Shown: positions 12,167 through 24,860, counted from the whole stretch's first letter. The stretch: 63,011 nt of DNA, filler included, from Octopus bimaculoides (GCF_001194135.2; 8 parts of 8 records of this genome joined end to end with filler, not necessarily neighbours in it), one strand, 5' to 3'. A program made the numbers and translations. The notes: generated by a model from the sequence alone, not told the origin.

Positions 12167-12605
12167 AAGGCGGCGAACTGGCAGAATCGTTAGCACTCCG
12201 GGCAAAATGCTTGACGGCATTTTGTTCATCTTTACGTTCTGAGTTCAAATCCCACCAGCATCAACTTTACATTTCATCCTTTCGGGTTGGATAAAATATG
12301 TACCAGTTGATCACTAGAGTCCATGTAATCGACTTAATCCCTACCCTGAAATAACTGGCCTTGTGCTAAAAACTGAAACTAATATTTCATCATTTTAAGG
12401 TAACGAAATTTTAGAATCGTTAGCACGCCGAACGAAATGCTTAGCGGTATTTCGCCCGTTTTAGGGCTTTATGCTTAATAAAGAAATCGGTATTTCGTCC
12501 GTCTATATTTCCTGAGTTCAAATTCCGCTGAGGTCGACTTTACCTTTCGTCTTTTCGGAGTCAATAAAATAAGTACCATTCGAGCACATTGGGGTCGATG
12601 TAAAG
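12167..12605 (+). mobile_element. Two tandem SINE family A copies
   Basis: Two cores; a 20-bp direct repeat (12148-12167 and 12379-12398) flanks the first copy. Confidence 0.85.
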
Positions 12606-12614
12606 ACCAACTTC

Positions 12615-13124
12615 TTTCAGGACGGTTGTCGACCTCTCGAACGAATGAAAACATCATGAAAATTAGATGAAATGATCTTGGGAGACCGTCATCACACAAT
12701 TGACCATATGACTGGTGTGTCCTGGTCCTGCTGCTAACGAATTTTGAGCGTCGAATTGCAAATGTAAAGAGTTGCAGTAAAATTTGTGCCTCGCTTGCTC
12801 ACGGAAGATCAAAAGTAGTCACGGCTGAATGCGTGTTGTGAACTCAAAGAACAGTTGGAAGTTGATGCGGACCTTCTTGCGGACCTGATGACGAAAGCTG
12901 GCGCTACAGAATATATAGATGTGGAAGAGGCGAAGAAAAGAGAAACCACGGAGGCATTAGAAGGCATAAAATCGTAATAGTTCCAGCACTGCTTCGAGCA
13001 ATGGAAGACGCGTCTGGACCGAGGCATTGCATCAAATGGAGAATAATTGGAAAGCGATCAAAATGTAAAACTAAGTGAATAAAATAATATTGCAAAATTC
13101 CGGTTTCTTTTGGGTACTCTTTCC
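12615..13124 (+). mobile_element. Internally deleted mariner remnant
   Basis: SGRLSTSRTNENI...RVAVKFVPRLLTEDQK joined to FQHCFEQWKTRLDRGIASNGE; TIR-like AAAATTCCGGTTTCTTTTGGGTAC. Confidence 0.85.
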
Positions 13125-13756
13125 TATATATAATAAGCGGTTGCGTTTCTTGTTTCTATGGCATAGCAGGACATATTTAGCAAACAAGAGCTTTTTCGCT
13201 CGGTTTTGAATAAGACGGTACGCTATAGAAAGCGGTTCTTCCTGCAGATATCTAACAATATCACTGTGTATCGTCTGGCTTTGAACAAGGCGATATACTG
13301 TAAATAGAGGCTCTTCAGGAAGTTTGTTAACAATGGAGTTTGTCTGTTTATCATTATGTACTGTTTATTTCGCAGTCTTTCCCCAAATATAACAAACTGA
13401 AGTAGTAAGCATGTTTTTGAAAGCGCACAAAAGCACAAGCTAAAAGCCAGTAGATGCAGAATTGAAGAGCTAACAATAACACAAAAATGTCTATCTCATA
13501 ATTATTTCATTTCTCGCAATGTGAAACCAGACTAGTAAAAAATGGAGAATTTTGTTTTAAGACCTAAAGTAGAAAGACACACACGCGCCATTACCTTTGT
13601 GCATCACTATGTATGTATGTATGTATGCATGTACGTATGTATGCATGTATGAATGTATTTATGTATGTACGTGTGTGTATAAATGTATGTATGCATTTAT
13701 GTATGTATGTATGTGTGTATGAATACAAGTATTATTTATGTATGTATGTCATTATT

Positions 13757-14003
13757 CGGTTGAGGGAATTTGGATACGAAGTCGTTCCCCACCCAATTTA
13801 TTCCTCAGACCTTTCTCCTACTGACTACTACTTTTTTCAAGCACCTTGATGCTTTCCTGTGAGAGAAGGAGTTAAAAAAAAAAATCAAACTGATGGCTTA
13901 AAGTGCATTCAAAGGGTTCATGAGCTCCAGAACTCCTGATTTTTACGTAACCGGAATAAACAAACTTGTAACAGGTTGGCAAAATTGCATTGATTGTAAT
14001 GCT
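13757..14003 (+). mobile_element. Mariner (Hsmar1/cecropia-like) transposase C-terminal remnant
   Basis: LREFGYEVVPHPIYSSDLSPTDYYFF...SRTPDFYVTGINKLVTGWQNCIDCN, containing the YSPDL motif and third catalytic D. Confidence 0.9.
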
Positions 14004-14655
14004 ACGAAGCCCAGTATACCCATCATGACTACCCGTCTGATAAGGGTACACCAGGCACATACATCACAACCATATGTGCGTGACATGGTGATCTCATATC
14101 AATATAAACAGCGCATGACCTCGCAGGTGGGGCTCAGTTAGAATTTTCTTCAGGTCGAGTAGCCCATCCCGCTCAAAAAGTCCCTGAATAAGGTTTGTTT
14201 AAGGATGTTGAGCAAAACACCCATGTTTCCAATGGTGAATTATTCAAACCCCAAAGAATTCCTCTCAACACATGGCTATNNNNNNNNNNNNNNNNNNNNN
14301 NNNNNNNNNNNNNNNNNNNNNNNNNNNNNNNNNNNNNNNNNNNNNNNNNNNNNNNNNNNNNNNNNNNNNNNNNNNNNNNNNNNNNNNNNNNNNNNNNNNN
14401 NNNNNNNNNNNNNNNNNNNNNNNNNNNNNNNNNNNNNNNNNNNNNNNNNNNNNNNNNNNNNNNNNNNNNNNNNNNNNNNNNNNNNNNNNNNNNNNNNNNN
14501 NNNNNNNNNNNNNNNNNNNNNNNNNNNNNNNNNNNNNNNNNNNNNNNNNNNCTGTAGCCCATCTTTTATACCAAGACAAAACAATGTACATGATAACACT
14601 TCCAATCAATTAAGATCAGAAGCCATGAGAGCCACTGCCTGGTACTGCATCCGGG

Positions 14656-14657
<2 letters not shown>
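14003..14657 (-). mobile_element. Family C non-coding retroelement (AAT-flanked), spans a gap
   Basis: Matches 17517-17808 and 20956-21991; 5' end abuts (ATT)n at 14658-14725. Confidence 0.85.
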
Positions 14658-14716
<59 letters not shown>

Positions 14717-16298
14717 CATTATTATTTGTGTTGTTTTTGTTTCTTTAATTGTTTCGTTCTTGTATTTGTGTTTGATGTGATGTCCTGAATTAATTCTTTT
14801 TTGTATTTTGTTTGTTTCTGTTTTTTTCGCAGCAGGTGTTGGTGTTGTTTTGTTGTTGTGTATAATTATTGTTGTTACGTTGTTGTTTTATATTTCTATG
14901 CAGTGGTATTGAGGAGGAGCGAGGCTGGATGGATGTCGGTTGGAGGAAAGAAGGAAAGAAAAGCATAAAAGATCTCTAGACCCTAAGGCGACCCCTGTGT
15001 TTAATTTGTTAACAGACTTCTGAAATAATTTGCTTCTATTGTTTATGTGTCATTGCGGAAAGGTGCTAACATAGGGGAGGAAAGAAGGAAAGAAAAAAGA
15101 AAGAGAATGAGAATGAGATTCAATGGGAAAGAGTAGAAAAATATATGGATGTGAGAAAAACAGGAAGAAATAGATAGAACGAGAAAGAAAGATAGAAAGA
15201 CAGACAGAATGAAAGAAAGGAAGAGAAAAGATGTAAAAAAAATTATAAACGAAGGAAGGAAATGAAGAAACAAACAAAAAAAAACAACGCTTTTGTAGGA
15301 CATAATGAAAGAATTAGAAGAAGAAAATAATAAGAAAGACCTACTGAGACAAAAAAAAAATGGAAAGAAATATGTTAAACAAGAGGCAAAAAAAACAACA
15401 AATATTGACTTGAAATTTAAGCACCATTTTGTGTTAGTGAAAAGACCAGAAACTGTAAGAAAGAAATTAATGGAGACGCTAAAGCTTTTAGACCTGAATT
15501 AGCGGATGTTCTTCACAATTAGAGTCTTTTAATGATGAAGGAAACAGATTTTGGTACTTCTTCAGAATTACATATAATTTCTGAAATTTTATTTTATTTT
15601 ATTTTATTTTATTTNNNNNNNNNNNNNNNNNNNNNNNNNNNNNNNNNNNNNNNNNNNNNNNNNNNNNNNNNNNNNNNNNNNNNNNNNNNNNNNNNNNNNN
15701 NNNNNNNNNNNNNNNNNNNNNNNNNNNNNNNNNNNNNNNNNNNNNNNNNNNNNNNNNNNNNNNNNNNNNNNNNNNNNNNNNNNNNNNNNNNNNNNNNNNN
15801 NNNNNNNNNNNNNNNNNNNNNNNNNNNNNNNNNNNNNNNNNNNNNNNNNNNNNNNNNNNNNNNNNNNNNNNNNNNNNNNNNNNNNNNNNNNNNNNNNNNN
15901 NNNNNNNNNNNNNNNNNNNNNNNNNNNNNNNNNNNNNNNNNNNNNNNNNNNNNNNNNNNNNNNNNNNNNNNNNNNNNNNNNNNNNNNNNNNNNNNNNNNN
16001 NNNNNNNNNNNNNNNNNNNNNNNNNNNNNNNNNNNNNNNNNNNNNNNNNNNNNNNNNNNNNNNNNNNNNNNNNNNNNNNNNNNNNNNNNNNNNNNNNNNN
16101 NNNNNNNNNNNNNNNNNNNNNNNNNNNNNNNNNNNNNNNNNNNNNNNNNNNNNNNNNNNNNNNNNNNNNNNNNNNNNNNNNNNNNNNNNNNNNNNNNNNN
16201 NNNNNNNNNNNNNNNNNNNNNNNNNNNNNNNNNNNNNNNNNNNNNNNNNNNNNNNNNNNNNNNNNNNNNNNNNNNNNNNNNNNNNNNNNNNNNNNNNN

Positions 16299-16334
<36 letters not shown>

Positions 16335-16453
16335 TTATATACTAATACACACACACACTCATGCATATAAACATATATATATACACGTGAGAAAAGGTAC
16401 AAATAGTCCTCGTCATCATCGTAATTATAATCATCATCATCATTATCGTCACC

Positions 16454-16485
<32 letters not shown>

Positions 16486-16839
16486 CATCATCATTATCGT
16501 CGTCGTCATCGTCGTCGTCTACATCACTGGCTGCTGTATCAGTACTACCAGCCTTAGGAACAAGAGACCTGGCCCCTTTTCCTTCAGATTCCTTACTTCT
16601 TTTCACACCTTGCGTCATCCTATCCCTCTCTATTAATTGTTAATTCCCTGAGGGGTTCGTTATAACACGTCCCTTAATTCTCCCTAATTATCCTTTATAC
16701 TTCTACCGGATATTGGAATTTTAAAGTTTCAAAATATTTCCTACAGGGTTTCTATTTTACGAATTTTATTATATCATGGGGCCGAGTGGGAGGAGGTTTG
16801 GGAGCGTGAAGGATTTGATTTGCTTTTTTCTTAACGTCT

Positions 16840-17405
16840 TTTAAGCCAACGTCATCATCATCATCAGCCTCCTCTTCATCATCATCATAATCATCCTCAC
16901 CATCATCATCACAGTCATCACCGTCACCGACGTCGTCGTCGTCATCATCGTCATCACCATCATCATTATCATCACTGTCTTCATTACCTTCTTCCTCTTC
17001 CTCCTCCTCCTCCTCCTCCTCCATATCCTTCTCAGCATCATTATCGTCACCATGTTCTCTGTAATTTCAATTGTAATCAACCCCACCGTCAAAGTCATAG
17101 TCATCATGGACGTCATCGGCGCCATCGTCATCTTCCTCTTCTTCTTCTTCCACTCCCCCCTCCTCCTCCTCCTCCTCCTCCATATCCTTCTCAGCATCAT
17201 TATCGTCACCATGTTCTCTGTAATTTCAATTGTAATCAACCCCACCGTCAAAGTCATAGTCATCATGGACGTCATNNNNNNNNNNCCTCCTCCTCCTCCC
17301 CTCCTCATCATTGTCATTCTCGTCGTCTTCGCCATCACCCGCATTGTTGTCTTCTTCTTCTTCTTCTTCTTCTTCTTCTTCTTCTTCTTCTTCTTCTTCT
17401 TCTTC

Positions 17406-17451
<46 letters not shown>

Positions 17452-17470
17452 ACATCCTCCTCATCATCAT
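16840..17470. repeat. Mixed CAT/CTC/CTT trinucleotide low-complexity block with a ~156-bp tandem duplication
   Basis: ~17010-17120 is repeated at ~17165-17275. Confidence 0.9.
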
Positions 17471-17516
17471 CAAATTGCTGGCCTTGTGCTTTTAGTAGAA
17501 AGAATTATTAATATTG

Positions 17517-17808
17517 TTGAGTGAGAGAGCAGTGCATGCCATCAAAGTGACACTGGGGTAAAATATACGAAGCTCAATATACCCATCAAGACTACCCGTT
17601 TGATAAGGGTACACCAGGCACATGCATAACAACCATACCATATGTGCGCATAACATTGCAGGTGGGGACCCAGTTAGAATTTTCTTCAGGTCGAGTAGCC
17701 CATCCCGCTCAAACGGTGTTTGAAAAAGGGTTGTTTAAGGATGTTGGATGAAACCCCCCTGTTTCCAGTGGTGAATTATTCAAATCCCAAAGAATTCATC
17801 TCAACACA
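17517..17808 (-). mobile_element. Family C element, 5'-truncated
   Basis: TTGAGTGAGAGAGCAGTGCATGCCATCAAAG end with degenerate ATT tail. Confidence 0.85.
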
Positions 17809-17884
17809 CTTACTTTACATAGCGCATTGTGAAACAGAATTTAGACATTTAATAGAAATCTATGTTCCAGTAAATTACCATTGC

Positions 17885-18135
17885 AAAGAGATAATGCGTT
17901 TGAATCAAGCATCCCGCCTTTTATTTTTTCTTCTTAACTAGCAGACTAATTAGTGAAAACTAATATAATCTAATACTAATTATGACTAATGGTGACACAA
18001 TATATTAAAACTTCCTAATTGACTAATAGTATGTTCGCCACAAACAACACTTGATGTTGTCTCGTAACTTGTTTGTGGATGACGTCATTGTTTCGTCACG
18101 TGATGCCAAAACTGAACACAGTTTTAGTAAGTACT
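17885..18135 (+). promoter_or_regulatory. ACTAAY-array / CRE / E-box / GTAAGT module, copy 1
   Basis: 5 ACTAAT, TTCGCCACAA, TGACGTCA, GTCACGTGAT, GTAAGT at 18127; function is inferred only. Confidence 0.4.
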
Positions 18136-18408
18136 TATTAAATCTTGAAATCTCTTGGTGGTGCATAGTCAGAATCGTTAGAAATTCGGTCAAAAAGCCA
18201 GGTGGTATTATCTACTGTTCTTTAGAGCCCCAGATCAAAATTCTAGTCTTGTGTTAATATTGTACAGAATTGAAGGCACAGAATTTTGGCACAAGGCCAG
18301 CAATTTCGAGGTTGGCTGGAGGTCGATAGCATCGATCCCCCGTGTTTTAGGGAATCGACACGCAGCAATGTCAATAATGATTGCAGGACTCGGCTATAGC
18401 GGTGATAT

Positions 18409-18473
<65 letters not shown>

Positions 18474-18490
18474 TTAGTAGGGGTGGCTCT

Positions 18491-18522
<32 letters not shown>

Positions 18523-18813
18523 GNNNNNNNNNNNNNNNNNNNNNNNNNNNNNNNNNNNNNNNNNNNNNNNNNNNNNNNNNNNNNNNNNNNNNNNNNNNNN
18601 NNNNNNNNNNNNNNNNNNNNNNNNNNNNNNNNNNNNNNNNNNNNNNNNNNNNNNNNNNNNNNNNNNNNNNNNNNNNNNNNNNNNNNNNNNNNNNNNNNNN
18701 NNNNNNNNNNNNNNNNGTGCATAGATGAGGAGGACTGCAAAAACAAGAAGAAGAAGAAGAAGAAGAAGAAGAACAACAACAACAACAACAACAAGAACAA
18801 CAACAGCAACAGC

Positions 18814-18867
<54 letters not shown>

Positions 18868-18876
18868 AATAATGTT

Positions 18877-19615
18877 GCACAGCTCAAGAACAAGCGTTAA
18901 GGACCAAATATGTGAAGTGCAAAATAGACAACACTACCGACAGCAGAATGTGTGGTGAGAGGGGTGAAACGGTATGGCAATTCGTTAGCAAGTGCCCGAA
19001 ATTGGCACAACGTGAAAATAAAAGACGCCATGACAATGTGGCAAGAATGATCCATTGGGATCTCTGTGGAAATTATGGCCTACAAAGAGCAAAGACGTGG
19101 TATTAGCAAACCCCAGAAAGAATCACTGAGAATGAGATTTGCAAAATCGTGTGGGATGCACTGGTCCAGTGTGATCACCTGACCAGACATCGGAAACCGG
19201 ACATTGTTGTGGTGTGTAAAAGAGGAATAACATGCATGATAATCGACATAGAATTGACCCGGTGAGAACAGGATCATTGTGAAAGAAGAAGGAAAACTAA
19301 ACAACTATAGCGATTCGAAGTGGGAAAGATGAAGATTGTGATCAATGAAGAGAGTAGACATGATACCAACAATAATTGACACACTTGGAAGCATCAGCAC
19401 TCAACTACCAGCATGGCCGAGAAAGATTGGTGCAAGTGTGAAGGTAGAACACCTACAAATATCAGCACTGCTTGGAGCTGCAGGAATTCTTCGTAGGGTT
19501 CTAGAAGCATCACCAGTAAACAAGTGTCACCTTAGTATGCTGGCTGTGGACAGCTGACACTTTCCATCATATGCAACAAAATAAGCTGTGAGTTTTCATC
19601 GAAAATAATAATAAT

Positions 19616-19682
<67 letters not shown>

Positions 19683-19688
19683 TAATAA
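18877..19688 (+). mobile_element. R4/Dong-like non-LTR retrotransposon 3' part (Zn knuckle, RLE endonuclease, 3' UTR, (AAT)n tail)
   Basis: AQEQALRT..RMCGERGETVWQFVSKCP..RRHDNVA..RHRKPDIVVV..ALLGAAGILRRVL; stops and frameshifts. Confidence 0.9.
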
Positions 19689-20324
19689 TGACAGCACCAT
19701 AGCACATCTCCAGCATTAGAAGCTGTGCAAAGACAATAAAATATTAATTATTAATATTTGAAATCTTTCCAGAAGGGCAGCTTGGGAGAGGTGGGGGATG
19801 AGTCGATTACAACGACCCCCGTGTTCAACTGGTACTTGTTTNNNNNNNNNNNNNNNNNNNNNNNNNNNNNNNNNNNNNNNNNNNNNNNNNNNNNNNNNNN
19901 NNNNNNNNNNNNNNNNNNNNNNNNNNNNNNNNNNNNNNNNNNNNNNNNNNNNNNNNNNNNNNNNNNNNNNNNNNNNNNNNNNNNNNNNNNNNNNNNNNNN
20001 NNNNNNNNNNNNNNNNNNNNNNNNNNNNNNNNNNNNNNNNNNNNNNNNNNNNNNNNNNNNNNNNNNNNNNNNNNNNNNNNNNNNNNNNNNNNNNNNNNNN
20101 NNNNNNNNNNNNNNNNNNNNNNNNNNNNNNNNNNNNNNNNNNNNNNNNNNNNNNNNNNNNNNNNNNNNNNNNNNNNATATATATATACATATATGCTTAT
20201 GTATATATATTATGTATGTGTGTGAGTGTAGCAAGCATAAAAAAAGCAAGGAAACCCTTTAAATATGAGATTTATACGTATATACCTATGATGTTATTTG
20301 TCAATAACATCATGGTTATCCCTC

Positions 20325-20585
20325 GAAGGTAATGCTGAGTTAGAATGAAAACGCCGCCTGTTCTTTAATTAAAAAACTAACTAGCAGTCTGTCTCACTAA
20401 CTAATACAAATTAATGCTGTATATGACTAACACTGACTAATTATACTAAACATTCTAGCTGACTAACTGTCTGTCTATTTCGCCACAGACTTCACACATA
20501 CAAAGTTTTTCTTGTAACTTGAGTCGATGACGTCATTGCTGTGTCACGTGATGCATAAACTCGGTACAGAATGTATTAGTAAGTA
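20325..20585 (+). promoter_or_regulatory. ACTAAY-array / CRE / E-box / GTAAGT module, copy 2
   Basis: 7 ACTAA, TTTCGCCACAG (AG at 20487-20488), TGACGTCA, GTCACGTGAT, GTAAGT at 20579. Confidence 0.4.
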
Positions 20586-20955
20586 TTTCACACTCGTGGT
20601 TTATCACGCCATAAAATAGGTATTCCCAAGGGGTCATTTGATGTGTTTGATCCCCCGTCAACTGCATAATATTGCACACGGTCAATTTTTAGATGCATCC
20701 GGGTTACAGGTTCCAATAACTAATGGATTTTTGACCTTGTACGGCTTGGTCAGCTCTTGAATTTTTTTTGCCTTGTTTCCTTAAATTATCGAATTTTTAC
20801 TTACACACGTAGGATTATCCGTGTAACACGTAATTATTGAATGTGACATTAAAATCTTTAAATAATTCATGTTAGATATTGTTTTAGTTCCTCTGTATAT
20901 TGAGTAAGTGCGCCCCAGTGGAAATAATGATATCAATAATACTAGTAATAATAAT

Positions 20956-21308
20956 ATGCAGTACTAGACAGTGGCTCTCATGGCTTCTGATCTTAACTGA
21001 TAGGAAGTGTTATCATGTTCATTGTTTTGTCTTGGTATAAAAGATGGGTTACAGCAAATATTCTGCTCAATACTCTTTTACTTGTTTCAGTCATTTGACT
21101 GCTGCCATATAGGAGCACCGCCTTTAGTCGAAGAAATCGACCCCAGGACTTATTCTTTGTAAGCCTAGTACTTTTTCTATCGGTCTCTTTTGCCGAACCG
21201 CTAAGTGACGTGGCCGTAAACACAACAGCATCAGTTGTCAAGCGATGTTGGGGGACAAACACAGACACACAAACATATACACACATGCATATACATACAT
21301 ACATACAT

Positions 21309-21357
<49 letters not shown>

Positions 21358-21953
21358 TACGCCGGGCCTCTTTCAGCTTCCGTCTACCAAATCCACTCAC
21401 AAGGATTTGGTCGGCCCGAGGTTATAGTAGAAGACACTAGCCCAAAGTGCCACGCAGTGGGACTGAACCCGGAACCATGTGGTTCGTCAGCAAGCTACTT
21501 ACCACGCAGCCACTCCTGCGCCTACAGATTTGCTGGTCAGTTGCTTGACCTTAACCAGTTGAGCATGTCCCTTGGTGGCTGGCGATATGTGCATCTCTGA
21601 TCACGAGCAGAAGTAGTGGGGGAGCATCATAGCCATGTGCGTTGAAGAATTCTTTAGGGTTTGGATAACTCACCTTTGGAAACATGGGTGTTTTTTACAA
21701 CATTTTTAAACCACCCTTATTCAAGGACCTTTTCAGCGGGATAGGCTACTCAACCTGAAGAAAATTCTGACTGGGCCCCCACCTGCGTGGTCATGCGCTG
21801 TTTATCTTGATATGAGATCACCATGTCGCGCACATATGGTTGTGATGCATGTGCCTGGTGTACCCTTATCAGACGAGTAGTCATGATGGGTATACTGGAC
21901 TTCGTATATTTTACCCCAGTGTCACTTTGATGGCATGCTCTTTCCTCTCACTC

Positions 21954-21991
<38 letters not shown>
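20956..21991 (+). mobile_element. Near-full family C element interrupted by a family B SINE
   Basis: Left part 20956-21073, right part 21524-21954, then (AAT)n; AAT repeats also precede the 5' end. Confidence 0.9.
21074..21523 (-). mobile_element. Full-length SINE family B with internal (CA)/(TA)n
   Basis: tRNA-like head, CORE-like TTTGGGCTAGTGTCTTCTACTAT, internal microsatellite and tail. Confidence 0.92.
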
Positions 21992-22035
21992 NNNNNNNNN
22001 NNNNNNNNNNNNNNNNNNNNNNNNNNNNNNNNNNN

Positions 22036-22047
22036 TTAATTAATTAA
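22036..22047. other. Synthetic scaffold linker TTAATTAATTAA
   Basis: 44 N + 12-mer + 44 N = 100 bp. Confidence 0.95.
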
Positions 22048-23030
22048 NNNNNNNNNNNNNNNNNNNNNNNNNNNNNNNNNNNNNNNNNNNNTATATATAT
22101 ATATATATATATATATGGGTGTGTGTATATATCTATATGTGTATGCATGTATCTCTATATCTATGTGTAAGAGATTTCCTTTTCCATATCCACTTACATT
22201 AATAACATTACACTGAGATACGATTTAAGTATATAAATCTAGGTTCCATTATACGGAAAATAACGTTGACAATGCCATTAAAAGTCGAACGAAGATCCTA
22301 TTTTAATGTAATATATCTTTATTGAACTGTACCCGATATTACCATGATTTATTTAGCTTGACATGTGAGAGCCAAGAACCTGAACACTGGTGTGGTTACT
22401 TTGTTCTACGTGTTGTTTTTGCTTTTTAAACCCTGGACATCCTTTACAGATTTGAGCTGTTGTAAATGGAATTACAACCGGGTCCTAATTTTCATATATA
22501 TATATGAGTGTGTGCGTGTGTGTTTGTGTGTGTGCGTGTGTGCGTGTGTGTGTGGGTATGTATGTATGCATGTATAGCTATATGTATACATTGATATATA
22601 TTGATATTTATATATATATATATATATATATNNNNNNNNNNNNNNNNNNNNNNNNNNNNNNNNNNNNNNNNNNNNNNNNNNNNNNNNNNNNNNNNNNNNN
22701 NNNNNNNNNNNNNNNNNNNNNNNNNNNNNNNNNNNNNNNNNNNNNNNNNNNNNNNNNNNNNNNNNNNNNNNNNNNNNNNNNNNNNNNNNNNNNNNNNNNN
22801 NNNNNNNNNNNNNNNNNNNNNNNNNNNNNNNNNNNNNNNNNNNNNNNNNNNNNNNNNNNNNNNNNNNNNNNNNNNNNNNNNNNNNNNNNNNNNNNNNNNN
22901 NNNNNNNNNNNNNNNNNNNNNNNNNNNNNNNNNNNNNNNNNNNNNNNNNNNNNNNNNNNNNNNNNNNNNNNNNNNNNNNNNNNNNNNNNNNNNNNNNNNN
23001 NNNNNNNNNNCAAAACATCTTGTACTTATG

Positions 23031-23340
23031 TGTTGGCACTCCGTCGCTTACGATGTCGAGGGTTCCAGTTGATCCGATCAACGGAACAGCCTGCTCGTGA
23101 AATTAACGTGCAAGTGGCTGAGCACTCCACAAACACGTGTACCCTTAACGTAGTTCTCGGGGATAATCAGCGTGACACAGTGTGACAAGGCTGACCCTTT
23201 GAATTACAGGCACAACAGAAACACGAAGAGAAAGTTGTGGCGGAAGAATACAGCAGGGTTCGCCACCATCCCCTGCCAGAGACTCGTTGAACTTTAGGTG
23301 TTTTCGCTCAATAAACACTCACAACGCCCGGTCTGGGGAT
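23031..23340 (-). mobile_element. SINE family D body (head missing)
   Basis: Reverse complement matches 26599-26911; a diverged partial copy lies at ~23534-23660. Confidence 0.8.
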
Positions 23341-23841
23341 TTTGTACCATTAGATTTTGTGTTCAAATGATATAGAAACATGAATTAACAAATTAGCCTG
23401 TTTTGATCCTGATAACTATTCTTCAATTTTTAAGTTGTTCTCATTCAGTTTGTTACTCGGGTTTGCACAGTTTAATTTATTCGTCAGTGGATTACATATA
23501 TGATTGTCGTGTGAGTACATTTTTTCTGCATCTACGTCGGCTACGACGATGAGTGTTCTAGTTGATCCCATCAGCGGAGCAGCCTGCTTGTGAAGTTAAC
23601 GTGCGCGTGCTTGAGCACGCCACAGAAACGAATACCCTTAACACACTTTTCAGTGGAATTTGGCGCGAAAATTAGTAGTACATATACTACTAATTATTGC
23701 CAGCTGAGTGGATCGGATCAAGGGGGAAAAAAATTATCTTGCGCAAGGATACAATGCGAAAACGGCAAAAATCAAACTCACGGCCATACGACTGTGAGCC
23801 GAATTTGTATATATATATATATATATATATANNNNNNNNNN

Positions 23842-23872
<31 letters not shown>

Positions 23873-24639
23873 ATATCGATAGAGAGATAGATAGATAGAT
23901 AGATATGAAACTTAGTGAAGGGTTGCACACTAATTAAAAGAACAATTTAGTCTAAAAGAACAGAAAGACTATAAGTTGTCTACCAAGTATACATTTACGT
24001 GAATACTTCCTATAGAAAAATGGCGTGTCAGAATCTATAAACCGGCTGACAAAATAACGCTGTGTTTCGTTGAGTTGACACTTGCTGTTAGTCTCTTAGA
24101 AAGAACTACTAAATGTAGTCCTGAAATCAGACAATATAGGAATTGTTAGAAACCTTCTATACCTAACTGCATACCATCTCCAGTAATTTTATTTCTATAA
24201 CAATAAATGCAATATGTAATTTTTACCGAAGCAAATAATAAACATGAATTTCCTTGCATTTTTCTTCTTTTTCTCTTTTTGTCTTATTCTAAATTTTCTA
24301 AGTTTCTCGAAATTTCTCCGAGGCAAATTACTTTCTGAATATCTATTTAAAAGTGAAATAATGGCTTCTGATTGTCCTACAAAGTCAGCTATTTTTAAGA
24401 GAAGCATGTTAGTCGATACCAGCATTTCCATAATTCACATATACCTTATTTTATCCACACCGAACAATTTGAAATGTAGCTGATAGCAGGGAGATGTGAA
24501 CACAGTTTAAATGAAATTATAAACAACTTTTGTGATAAAACTAACTCAAAAATTTAGCAACTACGTTATCTAGTAAATTCTTCCATCGTGAATAGAGCAG
24601 AATATGACTTCAGAAAAACTGGCTATTATTTCAAGCAGC

Positions 24640-24860
24640 TAAGGCAATGAGCTGGCAGAATCGTTATCACACCGGACCAAATGTTAACTGGCATTTCGTC
24701 CGTCTTAATGTTCTGATTTCCAATTCCGCTGAAGTCAACTTTACCTTTCATCCTTACGGGGGTCGATAAAGTCAGTACCAATAGAGTATTAAGATGGATG
24801 TAATCGAGTTAACCCCTCCACTGAAATTGCTGTCCTTCAGTCAAAATTTGAAACTAATAC
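24640..24860 (+). mobile_element. SINE family A
   Basis: AAGGCAATGAGCTGGCAGAATCG head plus core. Confidence 0.85.

Noticed and set aside
15305-15502. Lys/Glu-rich 65-aa ORF
   Set aside because: A-rich low complexity with no recognisable domain
18070-18125. FVDDVIVSS resembling an RT YxDD motif
   Set aside because: No other RT motifs nearby, and the paralogous copy breaks the frame
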